Notes: a model not told the origin generated them from the sequence alone. A stretch of DNA of 64,000 bases from Octopus bimaculoides (GCF_001194135.2 NC_068981.1:171893372-171957371); one strand, 5' to 3'. Shown: positions 26,909 through 41,408, counted from the first letter of the stretch. Program-made: numbers and translations.

Positions 26909-27276
26909 ACCGCATGTAATGGAGTATGTTTGTATGTTTGATACTTGATAACTCGTAATTTACAGGTAAAGTATTTCACAAATGCTTTTTGCATATAGAA
27001 ATGAAATCTGTACCTACGCACAAATAATAGGTTCCGAATTCAAATACTATCGAGGTCAACATCGTCCTCCATCCTCTCGGTGCCGATAACATAAATTGCC
27101 AGTTAAGTACTAGAATCTATGGCATCGACTACTCCTTTCCAGTTAAATATACTAACCTTGTTCCTAAATAGTAATCCATTGTTATCATTTTTTGAGCTCC
27201 ATATTTCGACAAGGTCAATGTTGCCTTTTAGCTTTTTCAGATTTGCTGGCCTTGAGCCTAAGTCATAAGCCATTGC

Positions 27277-27343
<67 letters not shown>

Positions 27344-27360
27344 GTTATTATTATTATTAT

Positions 27361-28401
27361 TGAATGAGAGAGCAAGGCATGCCGTCAAAGTGACACTAGG
27401 GTAAAATATACGAAGCCCAGTATACCCATCATGACTACCCGTCTGATAAGGGTACACCAGGCATAGGCATCACAACCATATGTGCGCGACATAGTGGTTT
27501 CATATCAAGATAAACAGCGCATGACCACGCAGGTGGGGCCCAGTTAGAATTTTCTTCAGGTCGAGTAGCCCATCCCGCTCAAAAGGTCCTTGAATAAAGG
27601 TTGTTTGAGGATGTCGAACGGAATACCCATGTTTCTAAAGGTGAATTATTCAAACCCCAAAGAATTCCTCTCAACACATGGCTATGATGCTCCCCCACTA
27701 CTTCTGCTCGTGATCAGAGATGCACATATCGTCAGCCACCAAGGGACATGCTTAACTGGTTAAGGTCAAACAACTGACAAGCAAATCTGTGGTATTAAGC
27801 AGAATATTTGCTGTAGCCCATCTTTTTATTACTATTATTATTATGCTTATTATTATTGAGTGAAAGAGCAGTGCATGCCATCAAAGTGACACTGGGTTAA
27901 AATATACGAAGCCCAGTATACCCATCATGACTACCTGTCTGATAAGGGTACACCAGGCACATGCATCACAACCATATGTGCGCAACATGGTGAACTCATA
28001 TCATGATAAACAGCGCATGACCTCGCAGGTGGGGGCCTAGTAAGAATTTTCTTTAGGTTGAGTAGCCCATCCCACTCAAAAGGACCCTGAATAAGGTTTG
28101 TTTAAGGATGTTGAGCAAAACACCCATGTTTCCAAAGGTGAATTATTCAAACCCCAAAGAATTCCCCTCAACAAATGGCTATGATGCTCCCCCACTACTT
28201 CTTCACTTGATCAGAGATGCACATATCGTCAGCTACCAAGGCTGGTTAAGGTCAAACAACTGACAAGCAAATCTGTGGTACTGAGTAGAATTGTTGCTGT
28301 AACCCATCTTTTATACCAAGACAAAACAATGTACATAACACTTCCAATCAATTAAGATCAGAAGCCATGAGAGCCACTGCCTGGTACTGCATCAGGGCAT
28401 T
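27361..28401 (-). mobile_element. Tandem pair of a ~540-bp non-coding retroposon ending in (AAT)n
   Basis: 27361-27828 and 27858-28401 align throughout; each ends on the minus strand in an AAT run; the left copy is shorter at its 5' end. Confidence 0.8.
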
Positions 28402-28402
28402 G

Positions 28403-28462
<60 letters not shown>

Positions 28463-28464
<2 letters not shown>

Positions 28465-28607
28465 CATACCTAATATGCCTACTATGTTAGGCTCCACATT
28501 AGAGTTACCTCTATTTCCTGATCTTTGTATTTTGAAAGTTTCTCCATTTCTTTTAGAGAAACATTGTCATCTGTTGGAAATGATACATCGATTAGAAAGC
28601 ATTTTTC
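28463..28607 (-). mobile_element. R4/Dong restriction-like endonuclease fragment
   Basis: KCFLIDVSFPTDDNVSLKEMEKLSKYKDQEIEVTLMWSL, then IVGILGM; bordered by (TAA)n. Confidence 0.85.
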
Positions 28608-28609
28608 TT

Positions 28610-28669
<60 letters not shown>

Positions 28670-28673
28670 GTTT

Positions 28674-28866
28674 AAGGCGGCGAGTTGGCAGAATCGTTAG
28701 TACGCTGGGCAAAATGCTTAGCGGTATTTCGCCCGTCTTTACGTTCTGAGTTCAAATTCCGTAGAGGTACATTTTAGTTCTCATCATTTCGGGGTCGATA
28801 GAATAAGTACCAGTTGAGTACTGAGGTCTCTCACCCAAATTTCAGGCCTTGTGCCTATAGTAGAAA
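28674..28866 (+). mobile_element. SINE family A
   Basis: AAGGCGGCGAGTTGGCAGAATCGTTAG head after a (TAT)n run. Confidence 0.9.
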
Positions 28867-29449
28867 TTGTTATTAATGTTGTTGTTATGTTATGAATTCC
28901 ACCGAGATCGACATTGCATTTCATCATTTTGGGGCCTTATAATATAAGTATCAATCAAGTACCGGGGTGGGATTTGGGTAATCACCTTCACTCTTCCATC
29001 AAAGACTGATGGCCCTGCGTCAAAATTTGAAACCATTATCGTAAGTTCAAATACCGGTGAGGTCAATGTTGACTTTAATACATACGACGTGCATAAATTA
29101 GAATACCAGTGACGTACATATATCAACGTAATCGATTATCCCTCTTTCCTCAGAATTCTTGATGATGTGCCTAAATTAGGAACAATTAATTATTATTTAT
29201 TCCTAAGTATGAATTTGAATTGCATCCTAAAGTGGGACCCTGATTCGCGAATTTCGGGGGTTTGAGGTTTGTGGAACCCGCCAACTTTTGTTATTCCAGA
29301 TTGAAGGAGGCGGTTGTAACAGTACTTTGGACACGCTCTGGTAAAACACTGCTTGCCACAGCTGACTAGTCTGGAATCTCACTATGCGAGAACGCATCAA
29401 AACTCCAGACTGCTTATGGGTTAACCTGTGTGGGCCGAGCATGTGTTTT

Positions 29450-29985
29450 TCGCTGGCACAAGATACCAAGCAAAGGAAGTCCACCGGAGCGCTCATAATG
29501 ATCCCCTTTTTTCCGACAGAAATGGCGTCATCTACATTCACTGGGTTCCCTTTGGCCAGATGGTCAACAAAGAGTACTTAGTGGAGGTTTTGAGAAAGTT
29601 CATAAAGAGACGTCATTGCAAAAGGCGAGAGTACCTGCACCAGAGCAAGGTACCAGTCCACTACTCTATCCTAGTAACCAACTACTTAGCAGAGATAGGT
29701 ATCAAAAGAATCCCTCACCCTTACTAGTCCCCATGCTGAAGGAAAACGTCAGGGTCAATCCTTTTTAAAGACATTGAGATGTAGGCGGGTGTGACAAGGG
29801 TACTGGGTATCTTCAACCTGGAAGACCTCTATGGGACCTTCAGGAAGTGGCTGGATCGCAAAAACAAATACAGTGAAGTCGGAGGATCATACTTTGAAGG
29901 TAATTAGAGTCTTGTATTTCTTTAAAATTAATAAATATCTCTTTTGGAAAACTCTTAAACATTTTAGAATGCACCTTTTAATATA
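29450..29985 (+). mobile_element. Mariner (DD34D-type) transposase 3' remnant with internal deletions
   Basis: RKSTGALIMIPFF-NGVIYIHWVPFGQMVNKEYLVEVLR-PVHYSILVTNYLAEIGIK-PHPY*SP and GGSYFEGN* end. Confidence 0.88.
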
Positions 29986-31375
29986 TAAAATGTAAACTCT
30001 GCTACATGCATTCTCTACTGATTTTTCCTCTTGTTTATCCACAAAGACACACAACACACACATATGCACACATACACACACACACACATACACACACACA
30101 CACACACACATACACACACAAACAAACAACACAAAGGTAAAGGAAGAGATAAAGATAGCCAGGTACAGTTGCATTATATATGGGTGTGCGCGCGTGTATA
30201 CGGATGTGTATATATATATGTGTGTGTATACTTATGTATGCATATATATGTTTATATATGTATGTATATAGATACATATATAGATACACACACATACACA
30301 CACACACGCATATATATATATATATATATATATACTTTGTCGAGGAGAGCTACACATGAGCATCTAGTTGTTCAATCAACTGAACAACAAACTCATTACA
30401 TAAGCATTTAAGTGGCTGTGTGTATTCCAGACAAGTGTTTCCTTAACGTAATTCTCAAGAGGAGTCGACGTGACACACAGCAATACGGCTGAATCTTATT
30501 ACTCTGTATCCTTTGAATTAAAAATATAATCCATTCAAGAGGCATCCATACAGTTTCCATCTACACAACTTGTCTCACAAGGATTAGGTCAATTCGAGGC
30601 TATGGTAGAGGAACGACTTGCTCAAGATGTCATGCAGTAGGCTCCAATCTGACACTTTAAGATTTTAAGATTCTGTCTTAAATATTTTAATCATTTACTC
30701 ATGCCTTCAACTATTCACCTATACCCACCCTTCCACCCTTCCATCCATATANNNNNNNNNNNNNNNNNNNNNNNNNNNNNNNNNNNNNNNNNNNNNNNNN
30801 NNNNNNNNNNNNNNNNNNNNNNNNNNNNNNNNNNNNNNNNNNNNNNNNNNNNNNNNNNNNNNNNNNNNNNNNNNNNNNNNNNNNNNNNNNNNNNNNNNNN
30901 NNNNNNNNNNNNNNNNNNNNNNNNNNNNNNNNNNNNNNNNNNNNNNNNNNNNNNNNNNNNNNNNNNNNNNNNNNNNNNNNNNNNNNNNNNNNNNNNNNNN
31001 NNNNNNNNNNNNNNNNNNNNNNNNNNNNNNNNNNNNNNNNNNNNNNNNNNNNNNNNNNNNNNNNNNNNNNNNNNNNNNNNNNNNNNNNNNNNNNNNNNNN
31101 NNNNNNNNNNNNNNNNNNNNNNNNNNNNNNNNNNNNNNNNNNNNNNNNNNNNNNNNNNNNNNNNNNNNNNNNNNNNNNNNNNNNNNNNNNNNNNNNNNNN
31201 NNNNNNNNNNNNNNNNNNNNNNNNTATATATATATGTATGTATATATAATGTATGCATTTACACATGTTCGTATATATATGCATAAGTGAGTATATATGT
31301 GTGAGTGTGAATATATATATATATATACACATACATATGAAAACGCATACACATTTATATATACGTATGAATACA

Positions 31376-31415
<40 letters not shown>

Positions 31416-31949
31416 CACACAGTCAGATACAACTATTCACAAAGTGGCATGCAGAAAGATGGCGGACGGAGTGTGAAGTGTTAAAAAAAAAGAAAAGAAA
31501 AAAACTGAAACACTGAAGAAGATTATGTAAGACAGACAAGAAGAGAATATGCAGGTATTTAGATGAACAATGGTATGTGCTTTCATTCACGATGCAATAT
31601 TATGCAGGTGCCTATAGTTAATGCAAGTACAAACATTCCAAATGTAAATATGTGTGTGTGTGTATGCATGTGCTTAAATGTATATAGATGTAATTATGTG
31701 TTTTGTGCTAATAGGCATAAATATTATTTACCTTTATATATATGTGTACGGTACATGTGTATATATATGTACATGCATATTCTAAGCTATTATATTTTGT
31801 TTGTATTTTATCATTTAGCCATTTAATATATTTTATTTTTCTATTTATTTTGACTCAAATTTGTTGTACCCTATTCTGCTACGTTCATTTGTAGTTTTAC
31901 AGCTATCCAAATTCCTGCAATTGTCGCTAGGCATTAGAGTATCTCACAT

Positions 31950-32260
31950 CTTGTGTTGCAAACAGGTATCTCATCCTACAAGCACATCTCTCTGAAATCA
32001 TCATCCTTACTAACTTCAATGTACACAAATCCCGTTACTTTTCACTCTATTACTATTCCCATATTGTATGGTTCGTTACCCCACAACGTGCACCAATTAA
32101 AAGCCAATCACCTGCTTTTCTCTGACAGTCACATCGACATCGACACTAATAGTTTTAATCTGTTTATTGCCACCATAAGCAGGCGTTAGCCGACCACCAT
32201 CAAGGCGTCTTTTCTCTGTCTAATCATGGTAATATACCTACAACCTGAAACTGCACACAC
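31950..32260 (+). mobile_element. Degenerate CR1-group AP-endonuclease fragment
   Basis: SEIIILTNFNVH resembles the AEIIILGDFNVH motif; downstream SNH aligns with the SDH motif. Confidence 0.45.
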
Positions 32261-34039
32261 CCCAATAACGTACCTTATGGTACTTCAAAGCAGCTAACAA
32301 GTCGGTGTTCGACTACTTATATACCGAATACCTTGAGAGCAAATGTATTCCTCCTTGACTCATCTGAAACAACCAATTCCCATATCTACAAAGAACCTCC
32401 AGGGGCAATAGTTAAGGTAAAAAGAACACGGAAACACAGAAAGCATTCACTAAAGTATTTAGTGTCTTTTCTTTGCCACTGCAACAACTTTGAAACTAGA
32501 AAAGGTTATAATCATACATCCACTTTCTGCAATATTACCCACCTCTAAATTCTGGTTTCCTGCCAAAAGTCTCTCCCATATTTGTTTTACAAGGTCGCAT
32601 TGTTAACAAAAGTTCAATTAAAAATGATTTCAAATTTGCTGCAATTTGAGCTTCCGCATTCACACTTCACACATTCAATCGGTAATCGGTCATATCAGCG
32701 TCAAGAGTTGGAGTTACGAAGAATAAGTTGGTATGTATGTATGTATGTATGTACGTTTTATTACCATTTATTGATATTCTTTGTAGAAGTAGGGAGGCTA
32801 GAAGTACCATCTAACAACAATATGCAAATTAATACACCCTTTTCTCAACTAAGAGGCACTTTCAATGACTGCACTTGGGGTTTATAGAGTATCACGAGAA
32901 GAAATTTAAGTAAAAGAAAGAAAATCTTCAAACTGTTAACAATGCAAATAATTGTGTTATAAATGTAAAGAAAATAAACTTTAAAAATGAAATTTAGAAG
33001 AATGTAGAACTGCAGGTCAAAGCATGAACATTAAAGGTGAGTGGGCAACAGAATGAGAAAGTAAAAAGACAGAGTGAATGTGAGAGAATAAGAGAGAGGT
33101 TAACTTAGCTTCTACAAAAACAAACCACATTATTTTATCAAATAAAACAACGAACAAAGGCTAAGACAATAAGGGTGCTTCAATATGTCTGCACCACTTG
33201 TAAGGAGTAGCTGCCAAATTTCCATCAAATCTCATGCCACAATTAGCGAAAGCGTCGTACAAACTACACAGTTATACTCTCTTGTGAGTGACGGCTAAGA
33301 TTTTTGTATGTACATGTTATTGAAAATATGTTGATACATACATACACCCACGCACACAAATACATACACACATATGCACGTACTAATGATATACTAATAG
33401 AGACATTTTTATTATATTTTTCAAATGAATCTACGCTCTTCACAAGAAAAAGAATGTAACTCAATAGTTCATTTTTTTTTTCCGACAGTTTACGCCTGTG
33501 TTATTTTACTTCAGTGAAATTAGATATAGCTCTAAAAAAACCTTGTGTTCATTATAGAGTGTTGGTTTCAAGTTTATGTTGTGGCCATAATGTATTTGTT
33601 TAACTATCAAGAACACTGATCAACTTAACTTTATATACGCCATATCCTATTGTATTTTTTTTAGCATTTAATTAATGTTTGTATGTTTTATACCCGTATA
33701 TTTATGCTTTCGTGTTTATGATCTTCACATACTTGTAATTTGAGACAAAGAGGTGATGTTACTATTACTACAATAGACAAGTCTTTGCTTGAAAGTTATC
33801 ATAAAACAAGAGTGAAACGATTAATCAAGCAATGTGTGTGTGTGTGTGTGCGTGTGCGCGCGCGATCGTATATCTATGTGTGTGCGTGTGTGTGTGTNNN
33901 NNNNNNNNNNNNNNNNNNNNNNNATGTGTGTGTGTGTGTGTGCGTGTGCGCGCGCGATCGTATATCTATGTGTGTGCGTGTGTGTGTGTGTGTGTGTTTA
34001 TGTTTATGTGTATGTGTATTTGTGTGAACATTCTGGATT

Positions 34040-34200
34040 CAAATCTTAGCACAAGGCCAGGAATTTTAGCGGAAGTAACGGGTGGGGAGTTTATTACGTC
34101 GTACGCAGTATTCAACTCTTTATCGACCCGGAAAGAATGACATAAAAACGACCTCGGCAGAATTTGAACTCAGAAATGCTGATGATTCTGCCAGCTCGAC
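34040..34200 (-). mobile_element. SINE family A (deleted, diverged)
   Basis: GACCTCGGCAGAATTTGAACTCAGAA and ATTCTGCCAGCTCG on the plus strand. Confidence 0.8.
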
Positions 34201-34302
34201 GCGTTATATATATAGTTCTAATTCATAGAAAACAAAGGACGGAGACAGGTGAAGGAGCAACAAGCATGTGTATTAGTTTGACGCTCTGGAAAAATGGAAA
34301 CG

Positions 34303-34340
34303 TTTTTGACGTTTCGAGTCTACTCTCTTCGACAGTAAGG
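34303..34340 (-). ncRNA. Hammerhead-like motif, U6 family
   Basis: CUGUCGA-A-GAG(AGUAGA)CUC-GAAA-C-GUC; stem I is weakened. Confidence 0.55.
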
Positions 34341-34404
34341 ATTGAGAGGGGGAAAAAAGAAGAGTGAATGAAAATAACGGAGAGAGAAAATTAGGTGTAG
34401 GGAT

Positions 34405-34691
34405 TAACGGTTCAACATGATGAAGGTGCATTCACGATTGCGAGATCGTGGGTTCGATTCCCAGACCGGGTGCTGCGTTGTGATCTTGAACAAAGCACTC
34501 TATTTCACGTTACTCTACGATCACTTCTGCATCTAACACGTGGCACTCCGTTGCACCCGTATAGATAATGTCCATTTGATGGAGGGAGTGAAATTTGTCT
34601 ATACAAATTGTTGATCACTATAAACAAACCATCTCTGTGGTTGTTCAGTAAGAAACTGTCGAACTCTCATACGTCTAACGACGGGAGAGTG

Positions 34692-34695
<4 letters not shown>
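34405..34695 (+). mobile_element. tRNA-derived SINE (another family)
   Basis: GGGTTCGATTCCCAGACCGGG B box followed by TTGTGATCTTGAACAAAGCAC. Confidence 0.75.
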
Positions 34696-34732
<37 letters not shown>

Positions 34733-35422
34733 TAGTTATCGCCAAGCCAACATGGCAGTCCAAAAAATAGCACGAATGCTGCCGTTGATTAGCTCCAAGA
34801 GGCCATCGCCTCTAGCTAGCTATGTGACACACATTTTCTAATGAACAAGAAGAAAGGGTTACAAATTTGATACCGCATTGCTTGGCCTTCAAAGTTCCAT
34901 GGCACAACATCGAGACGATGGGGGGCAAGGAGCTGTCCCATAACTGATAGATGCAGATCTCATGACACCTTTAGTAAGTGCGGGAGAGTCAACGAGATGG
35001 CAATCGGTGAGATTTAAATCCCCAGGTGAAATTTGAACTCATACCGAAAAGATCCAGAACAGCAATCATAAGTTATTACTTCTGGTGCTCTGTTCACTTT
35101 GATAATTCACTGGCTTAGGCTTGTGCTTTATTCATTGTTCCCGAAAGAAGAAAACGCGAAGGTGACTTCATCGCGATTTAAACTCAGAATGCAGAGTTTT
35201 AAAAAAAGACGGTATTTATCTAATGCTCTCATGTTTCTGATATTCACTTTTTATAACCTCACACACCGCAATGTGATATCAAGCGCAAAAAAATTACAAT
35301 GCTATTTATTTTGAGCCCCGTGGCTGTTCCAGTGAATGTCCCTTATCATCCTCCAACGAAACGCCTTTTTCACTTTGTCCGCTGGGACTATGAAGTGGAC
35401 TGACAAGCCTTTTTAGTTATGC

Positions 35423-35614
35423 TTCAAATTTTGGCACAAAGCCGGCAATTTGGGTGAAGGGACAAATCGATTACATCGACCCCGTGCTCAACACCACCCT
35501 GAAAGGGATAAACGGCGAAGTCGATCTCGGCGGAGTTTGAACACAGAACAAAAAGACGGACGAAATGCAGCTAAGCATTTTACCCGGCTTGCTAACGATT
35601 CTGCCAGCTCGCCA
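35423..35614 (-). mobile_element. SINE family A
   Basis: Head and core as in other copies. Confidence 0.88.
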
Positions 35615-36483
35615 CACACACAAGCTTTTTTACATACTACTTGTTACGTTCTGTTCACGTAAGATATTGCGATACTATCGTTCATTAAATAGCAATGATG
35701 AAGGAGAACTGCATCTCTTTAACAAATGGATGTTTCGTCGTCATCATCGCTGTTGTTGTTGTTGTTGTTGTTGTTCTTGTTGTTCTTGTTCTTGTTCTTC
35801 TTCTTCTTCTTCTTCTTCTTCTTCTTCTTCTTCTTCTTCTTCTTCTTCTTCTTCTTCTTCTTCTTCTTCTTCTCTTCCTCTTCCTTTTTCTTCTTGCTAT
35901 TATCAAGCTCCGGTCCAGTATTGCAGAAATCAATGATGACATTACGCAATAGGGCTATGATCTAATGTGTTCCATCCGCAATGATCCTTTCCTTTTCTGC
36001 ATATATTCTCCGATATACCTTTTCTTATAGTGGTTTCTAACAGCTCGACCGACCACGTAGAAGCTCTCTCCATTCAATTTTTTGCTTGCTTAGCATCGTT
36101 TAAGTGTAAAAGGAGCAAACGAAAACATCAAAACATGAGCGAAGACAGTTGTTAATCTGGAAGTCTTCGAACACTAATCTAACTGAATATCCATAAGCAA
36201 AAGCAATTTCGGGAGATAACTTTTATAGAAAAATTGCAAAATATCGATCAGTTCTAAATGGGGTGTAAGAAAATCATTGAAGATATAGATTAAATAATGG
36301 TTAATGTGATTTAATTGCTAATTATAGTCAATTTATTGATAATAATGGGAAACAAATATACATCAGGTCGAAAAGATACATATATACGAACACAAGACAT
36401 CCACACGTGGAAACACACAGATTGACATACACAGACACGCATACACATATGCATACACAAATACACACACATATCGATAGACT

Positions 36484-36620
<137 letters not shown>

Positions 36621-37385
36621 TCGGAGAAAGAGAAAGAGAGAGAGAAATTAAAAAAGCCCCCAAGTAAACTGCGGAAGTAAGGAGGAGGTAAAAGAAATGA
36701 ATGATATAAGGATTTATACAAGTTAAATGTGAGGAAATGTGTGGAAATATGACACGAAAAAAAGCCAAGAATTTGTACAAAGGCAATAAATGTGTACAAC
36801 GAAAATTATTACGTCAAATACAAGGAATAGAAAGGTATGTAGTGTTTCGGTTTATATCGTTTATCAAAGAGAAATAAAAGAAATAAAAATGTACAGGCAA
36901 AAGGAATAGAAACGATGCAGATTTTACGATATGTTTATATTGCAGTTTTGGTATTGGGATCACACAATTTTTCAGGTCGCCATATTAGAATTTTAAAACA
37001 CACGGAAAAAAAGTAAGGTTAACAGATATCATCCCAGGCCTTATATTGATTTCGCGTTATTACAAGCATTAAAATGAGAGCTTTCTATACTTACGAGAAA
37101 TTAAATCAATCTCGGAAAATTAAGTCGCGGATGAGGTAATGTGCATCAGCAATACAGGTTATCCTTTTGCGACAATATCTTGCTTTATTGAAGGATCTGC
37201 AATTTCTTCATCTCTCAGATCCCATATATATATACCGAAAATGAAGTGGAAATTCGTTTACTCTTGCGCCGAAACAATTACGTCTAACCTCTAAATCGAG
37301 AGTACAGCTGTTGTCAGTTCTTTCGTATGCCAATCACACATAAAATATCTGCTCTGAATACTTGCTTCCACTCAAAGCACATATT

Positions 37386-37422
<37 letters not shown>

Positions 37423-38673
37423 GCAATAAGAAAATGGAGGGGAATATGTGGTATCAACTTGCAGACATTGCATTATGTCCATTTACCGGTTTATTTTTCA
37501 ACTAAGAGGACAATAAAAACAATATACAAACACATGTGACATATTATGTCATATCAGTAATTAAAAAGGACATCTAGTGGATTCACAACCCCTAACTTTC
37601 TTGGATTATATATATATATATATATAATAATAATAATGACAAACTACAGCGCATACCCAAGGCACACAGAGCTGTGCTCGATAGCGCAGTGAAAGCATTT
37701 TATTAAAAATAAGACTACTGAATAATAACAACAACAACAACAACAGTAACCACAGTAATAATATCAACAAGCGAAAGGAAAATTACTCATTGCCATAAAG
37801 TAGAGTATTAATTAATTTAATAAGCTGACCTTAGCCAAACTCTTGTTCTATGTTCTTAATCGTAATTTTCACGTTTACAGCCAAGCAATTAAATTATTAC
37901 CCTACTTAATGATACTGAGTGCTCTTTCGTTCGATGGTACTACTAACATGCATATGTGTGAGTGTGTGTGTACACAAATACATATATACACATACACAAT
38001 GCATAGACACGTATATATACATATATACTTACACACACATACGCCTATCTTTGCAATCAAGAAAGAAATGAAAAATATCAAGCCATGGAAGTAAGAGATG
38101 ACGTATGTGTATTTCAGAATAGCAGACTGTTCAATCGTTACAACCCGTCTTGGTTTCATTAGACACAAAGTTTAGTTCCTTACATTTATATGTTGAGTCT
38201 CTGTAATATAATCCTGTGGACAGCCTATTTTCATATGTCAAATCCCAAATAGTCTATGAAAATAATTCCAATCTACATCAAACATTATTTCATAAGGAAG
38301 ATATAATTGCATTCCTTCTTTTAGTTAGAGGCCAATAGAGATTGAAATAGCTGTGAATAAACTTGAAATTCATGTTGGTTAGTGAGCAGCCAGAAAGATT
38401 ACATTTTCTGTCGTTATAAAACAGAATGCAATCTTCATAGGAATGCAGAATTTTATTTTATGACTTCCGTGTTAAACATTAGAAGTTAGATAAAGGTCAC
38501 AGCATGGGATTCCTCGCATTTAAGAAGTGCATACAAGCACATACACACACGCACAGATATATCATATGGGCAAAATACTACAAATGTTGCTGGGGGAACG
38601 ACATGATCACCAAGAGTAAATGAGTAGCAACCCTACCATATTAATGTAAAAAAAAAAGACTCATCAACGGATA

Positions 38674-38730
<57 letters not shown>

Positions 38731-39101
38731 CAAGACATGATTAAAATGCAAGTTATTGATATAAAGAATACCTAAGCATGCATTAACGCGACATATTTTA
38801 CCTAGGTTATGTAAATGCCGTTCTGTCGCAACATTCTTCCTTGACTGCAGAGACCTCGGGCATTACACAGACAGTCGAACGATTGAGTGTCTTCCTTAAC
38901 TGAGAAGACTTCCTTCGGATCCACATGAATCGACCATTTGTTGCAGAATTTCAAGAAACTGAAGGCATCACCAATATCAATCTAGCCAATGTAGCTTCTC
39001 GAAATGCTAGAAATATCAGTCAAATTGTCTTCAAACCTCTGCAACCACCTTTAGTAAATGAACACATTAGAGAATGCTGTCTGGCATATACACTGTTTGA
39101 C

Positions 39102-39490
39102 AGCGGAGGCGCAACGGCCCAGTGGTTAGGGCAGCGGACTTGCGGTCATAGGATTGCGGTTTCGATTCCCAGACCAGGCGTTGTGAGTGTTTATTGAGCG
39201 AAAACACCTAAAAGCTCCACGAGGCTCCGGCAGGGGATGGTGGCGAACCCTGCTGTACTCTTTCACCACAACTTTCTCTCACTCTTACTTCCTGTTTCTG
39301 TTGTGCCTGTAATTCAAAGGGTCAGCCTTGTCACACTGTGTCACGCTGAATCTCCCCCGAGAACTACGTTAAGAGTACACGTGTCTGTGGAGTGCTCAGC
39401 CACTTGCACGTTAATTTCGCGAGCAGGCTGTTCCGTTGATCGGATCAACTGGAACCCTCGACATCGTAAGCGACGGAGTGCCAACAACCA
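39102..39490 (+). mobile_element. Well-preserved tRNA-derived SINE (family C)
   Basis: GGCGCAACGGCCCAGTGGTTAGGGC A box and GGTTTCGATTCCC B box, then about 300 bp of non-tRNA body. Confidence 0.9.
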
Positions 39491-40180
39491 AACAATGTTT
39501 GACAAAAGATAGGTTGATCAAAATTGGAATAAATCAGTCAGAGTTTTTTGTTCAAGCATGTTTGACCAGGGATTGAGCAACCGTATAGAGGATACACCTA
39601 GAAAAGGTCAGATGAATTGAGGAACTAAAGTTACTGATAGGTAGATATGTAAGTTTTATGAGCGAAAATAACAGAAGCAGTATAAACAACTAGTCAGCTA
39701 CATTAACTTAAACAAACAGACAAAAAAAAAGGGAGAAAGAAGAAAAAGTAAGAGCAACGTCATCGCTGTAGCATCACAGTGGTGCCTGCTGAACCACCAT
39801 CAAAGATGTTTGTAGCAACAGAAATGAGAGCCCCATGGCGTTTGCATATTGCTAACATATCGCTATCATCGTCTTCAGAGACAAGACAGATGCTGATTTA
39901 GAGACATGCAAAGGGACTTACATATGTATAAATATATATATAAATATATATANNNNNNNNNNNNNNNNNNNNNNNNNNNNNNNNTATATATATACAAGCA
40001 TGCATACAGCCATTCATACCAACATGAATATATACATGCATACATACATACTCCCCCAAATAAACATATACATATGTGTGCGTTCGTGTGTGTATGGAGG
40101 GATACACGGACACACACACACATACACACACACACACACACACACATACACACACACAAACATGCGCACACACACATACA

Positions 40181-40221
<41 letters not shown>

Positions 40222-40948
40222 AGCGGCTGACTTGTTCAAATAAATGACCCAAACTTACTCAGAAATACATACATAAATAAACATAAGTAAATATGTATAG
40301 ACAGGCACGCCCACGCACGCGCATACATACACATGCACGCTCGCACACGTACATACAATGTGTGCGCGCGCGCGAGTGTGTGCGTGTGTGTGTGTGTGTG
40401 TGTGGGCGCGCGTGCATGTGTGTGTGGGCGCGCGTGCATGTGTGTGTGCTTGTGAGAGTATTATGTTTATATCTGTATCCGCGCATACGTATATGCTTAT
40501 CTGTTTATTCATTGCTGATATTATAGTTTCAGTTCCCCCGGGAAGTAATTCACTTTAGTTGTACAATAGCAAGAACTAGGTCGAATTGATAAATATATGA
40601 GATGTTTTAATATTCATTTCCACAAGAAATATCAAATATATCAAATTTCCCCATATATTATGCATACATACTTGCATACATACATACATACATACATACA
40701 TACATAGACACATGCATAAATACATACATACATGCATACATACATGCACACATGCATACATACATACATATATACATACATACATACGTTTGTCTCAACA
40801 TTCTCTTATCCTCATTACTCATAAGAATCCTTCTATCATGTATTCATTCCCTCTCGTTATCAAACTAAATTTCTCCCATTCACTCTCGCTCTCTATTCTC
40901 TCTCACTTTCTATCTATCTATCCATCTATCTATCTATCTATCTATCTG

Positions 40949-40983
<35 letters not shown>

Positions 40984-41408
40984 GTCTGTCTGTATATCTA
41001 TCTGTCTATCTATCTATCTACCTCTCAATCTCTCCCACTCATATTATGTGTCGCCATGAGCATTATTTGTTCATGTAACCCTGTATGATTCAAGGAACAT
41101 CGATACATCATGCTGTTGATTGATGTTTCGATGTTTATCTGTTAAAGGCCAATTTGAAATGTATTGTGTATAAAGCAGTCATTGAGAAGCAAGCAAAACA
41201 CAATGTAAGTGTATCCAAGGACTTCGGTATCTACATGAACGTTTCTAGGCGGAAAACCATCTTTGATTCCAAAACCTTAGTCTCAATCTTAAGTTTAACT
41301 GGTAAATCGTAAATTATTTCGCAACAAGACACTGCTTTGAAAATACATCGCCAATAAACCAGATAGGAACCTGATCAATATGCCACTCACGCTATCCTCT
41401 TTCACACA

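Noticed and set aside
28557-28610. Strong plus-strand acceptor suggesting a host exon
   Set aside because: It is the antisense of the R4/Dong fragment.
32582-32887. 101-aa ORF with internal splice-like sites
   Set aside because: Splicing the 56-bp intron creates an immediate stop; unspliced it reads through a (GTAT)n repeat.
33832-33990. Direct duplication either side of a 26-N gap (similar at 49380-49490)
   Set aside because: Typical unmerged contig overlap.
39102-39180. tRNA genes (also 52054-52130 and 34405-34470)
   Set aside because: A/B boxes continue into SINE bodies; no complete cloverleaf.
41093-41134. 15-bp stem hairpin as a pre-miRNA
   Set aside because: Too short, and the stem does not extend.
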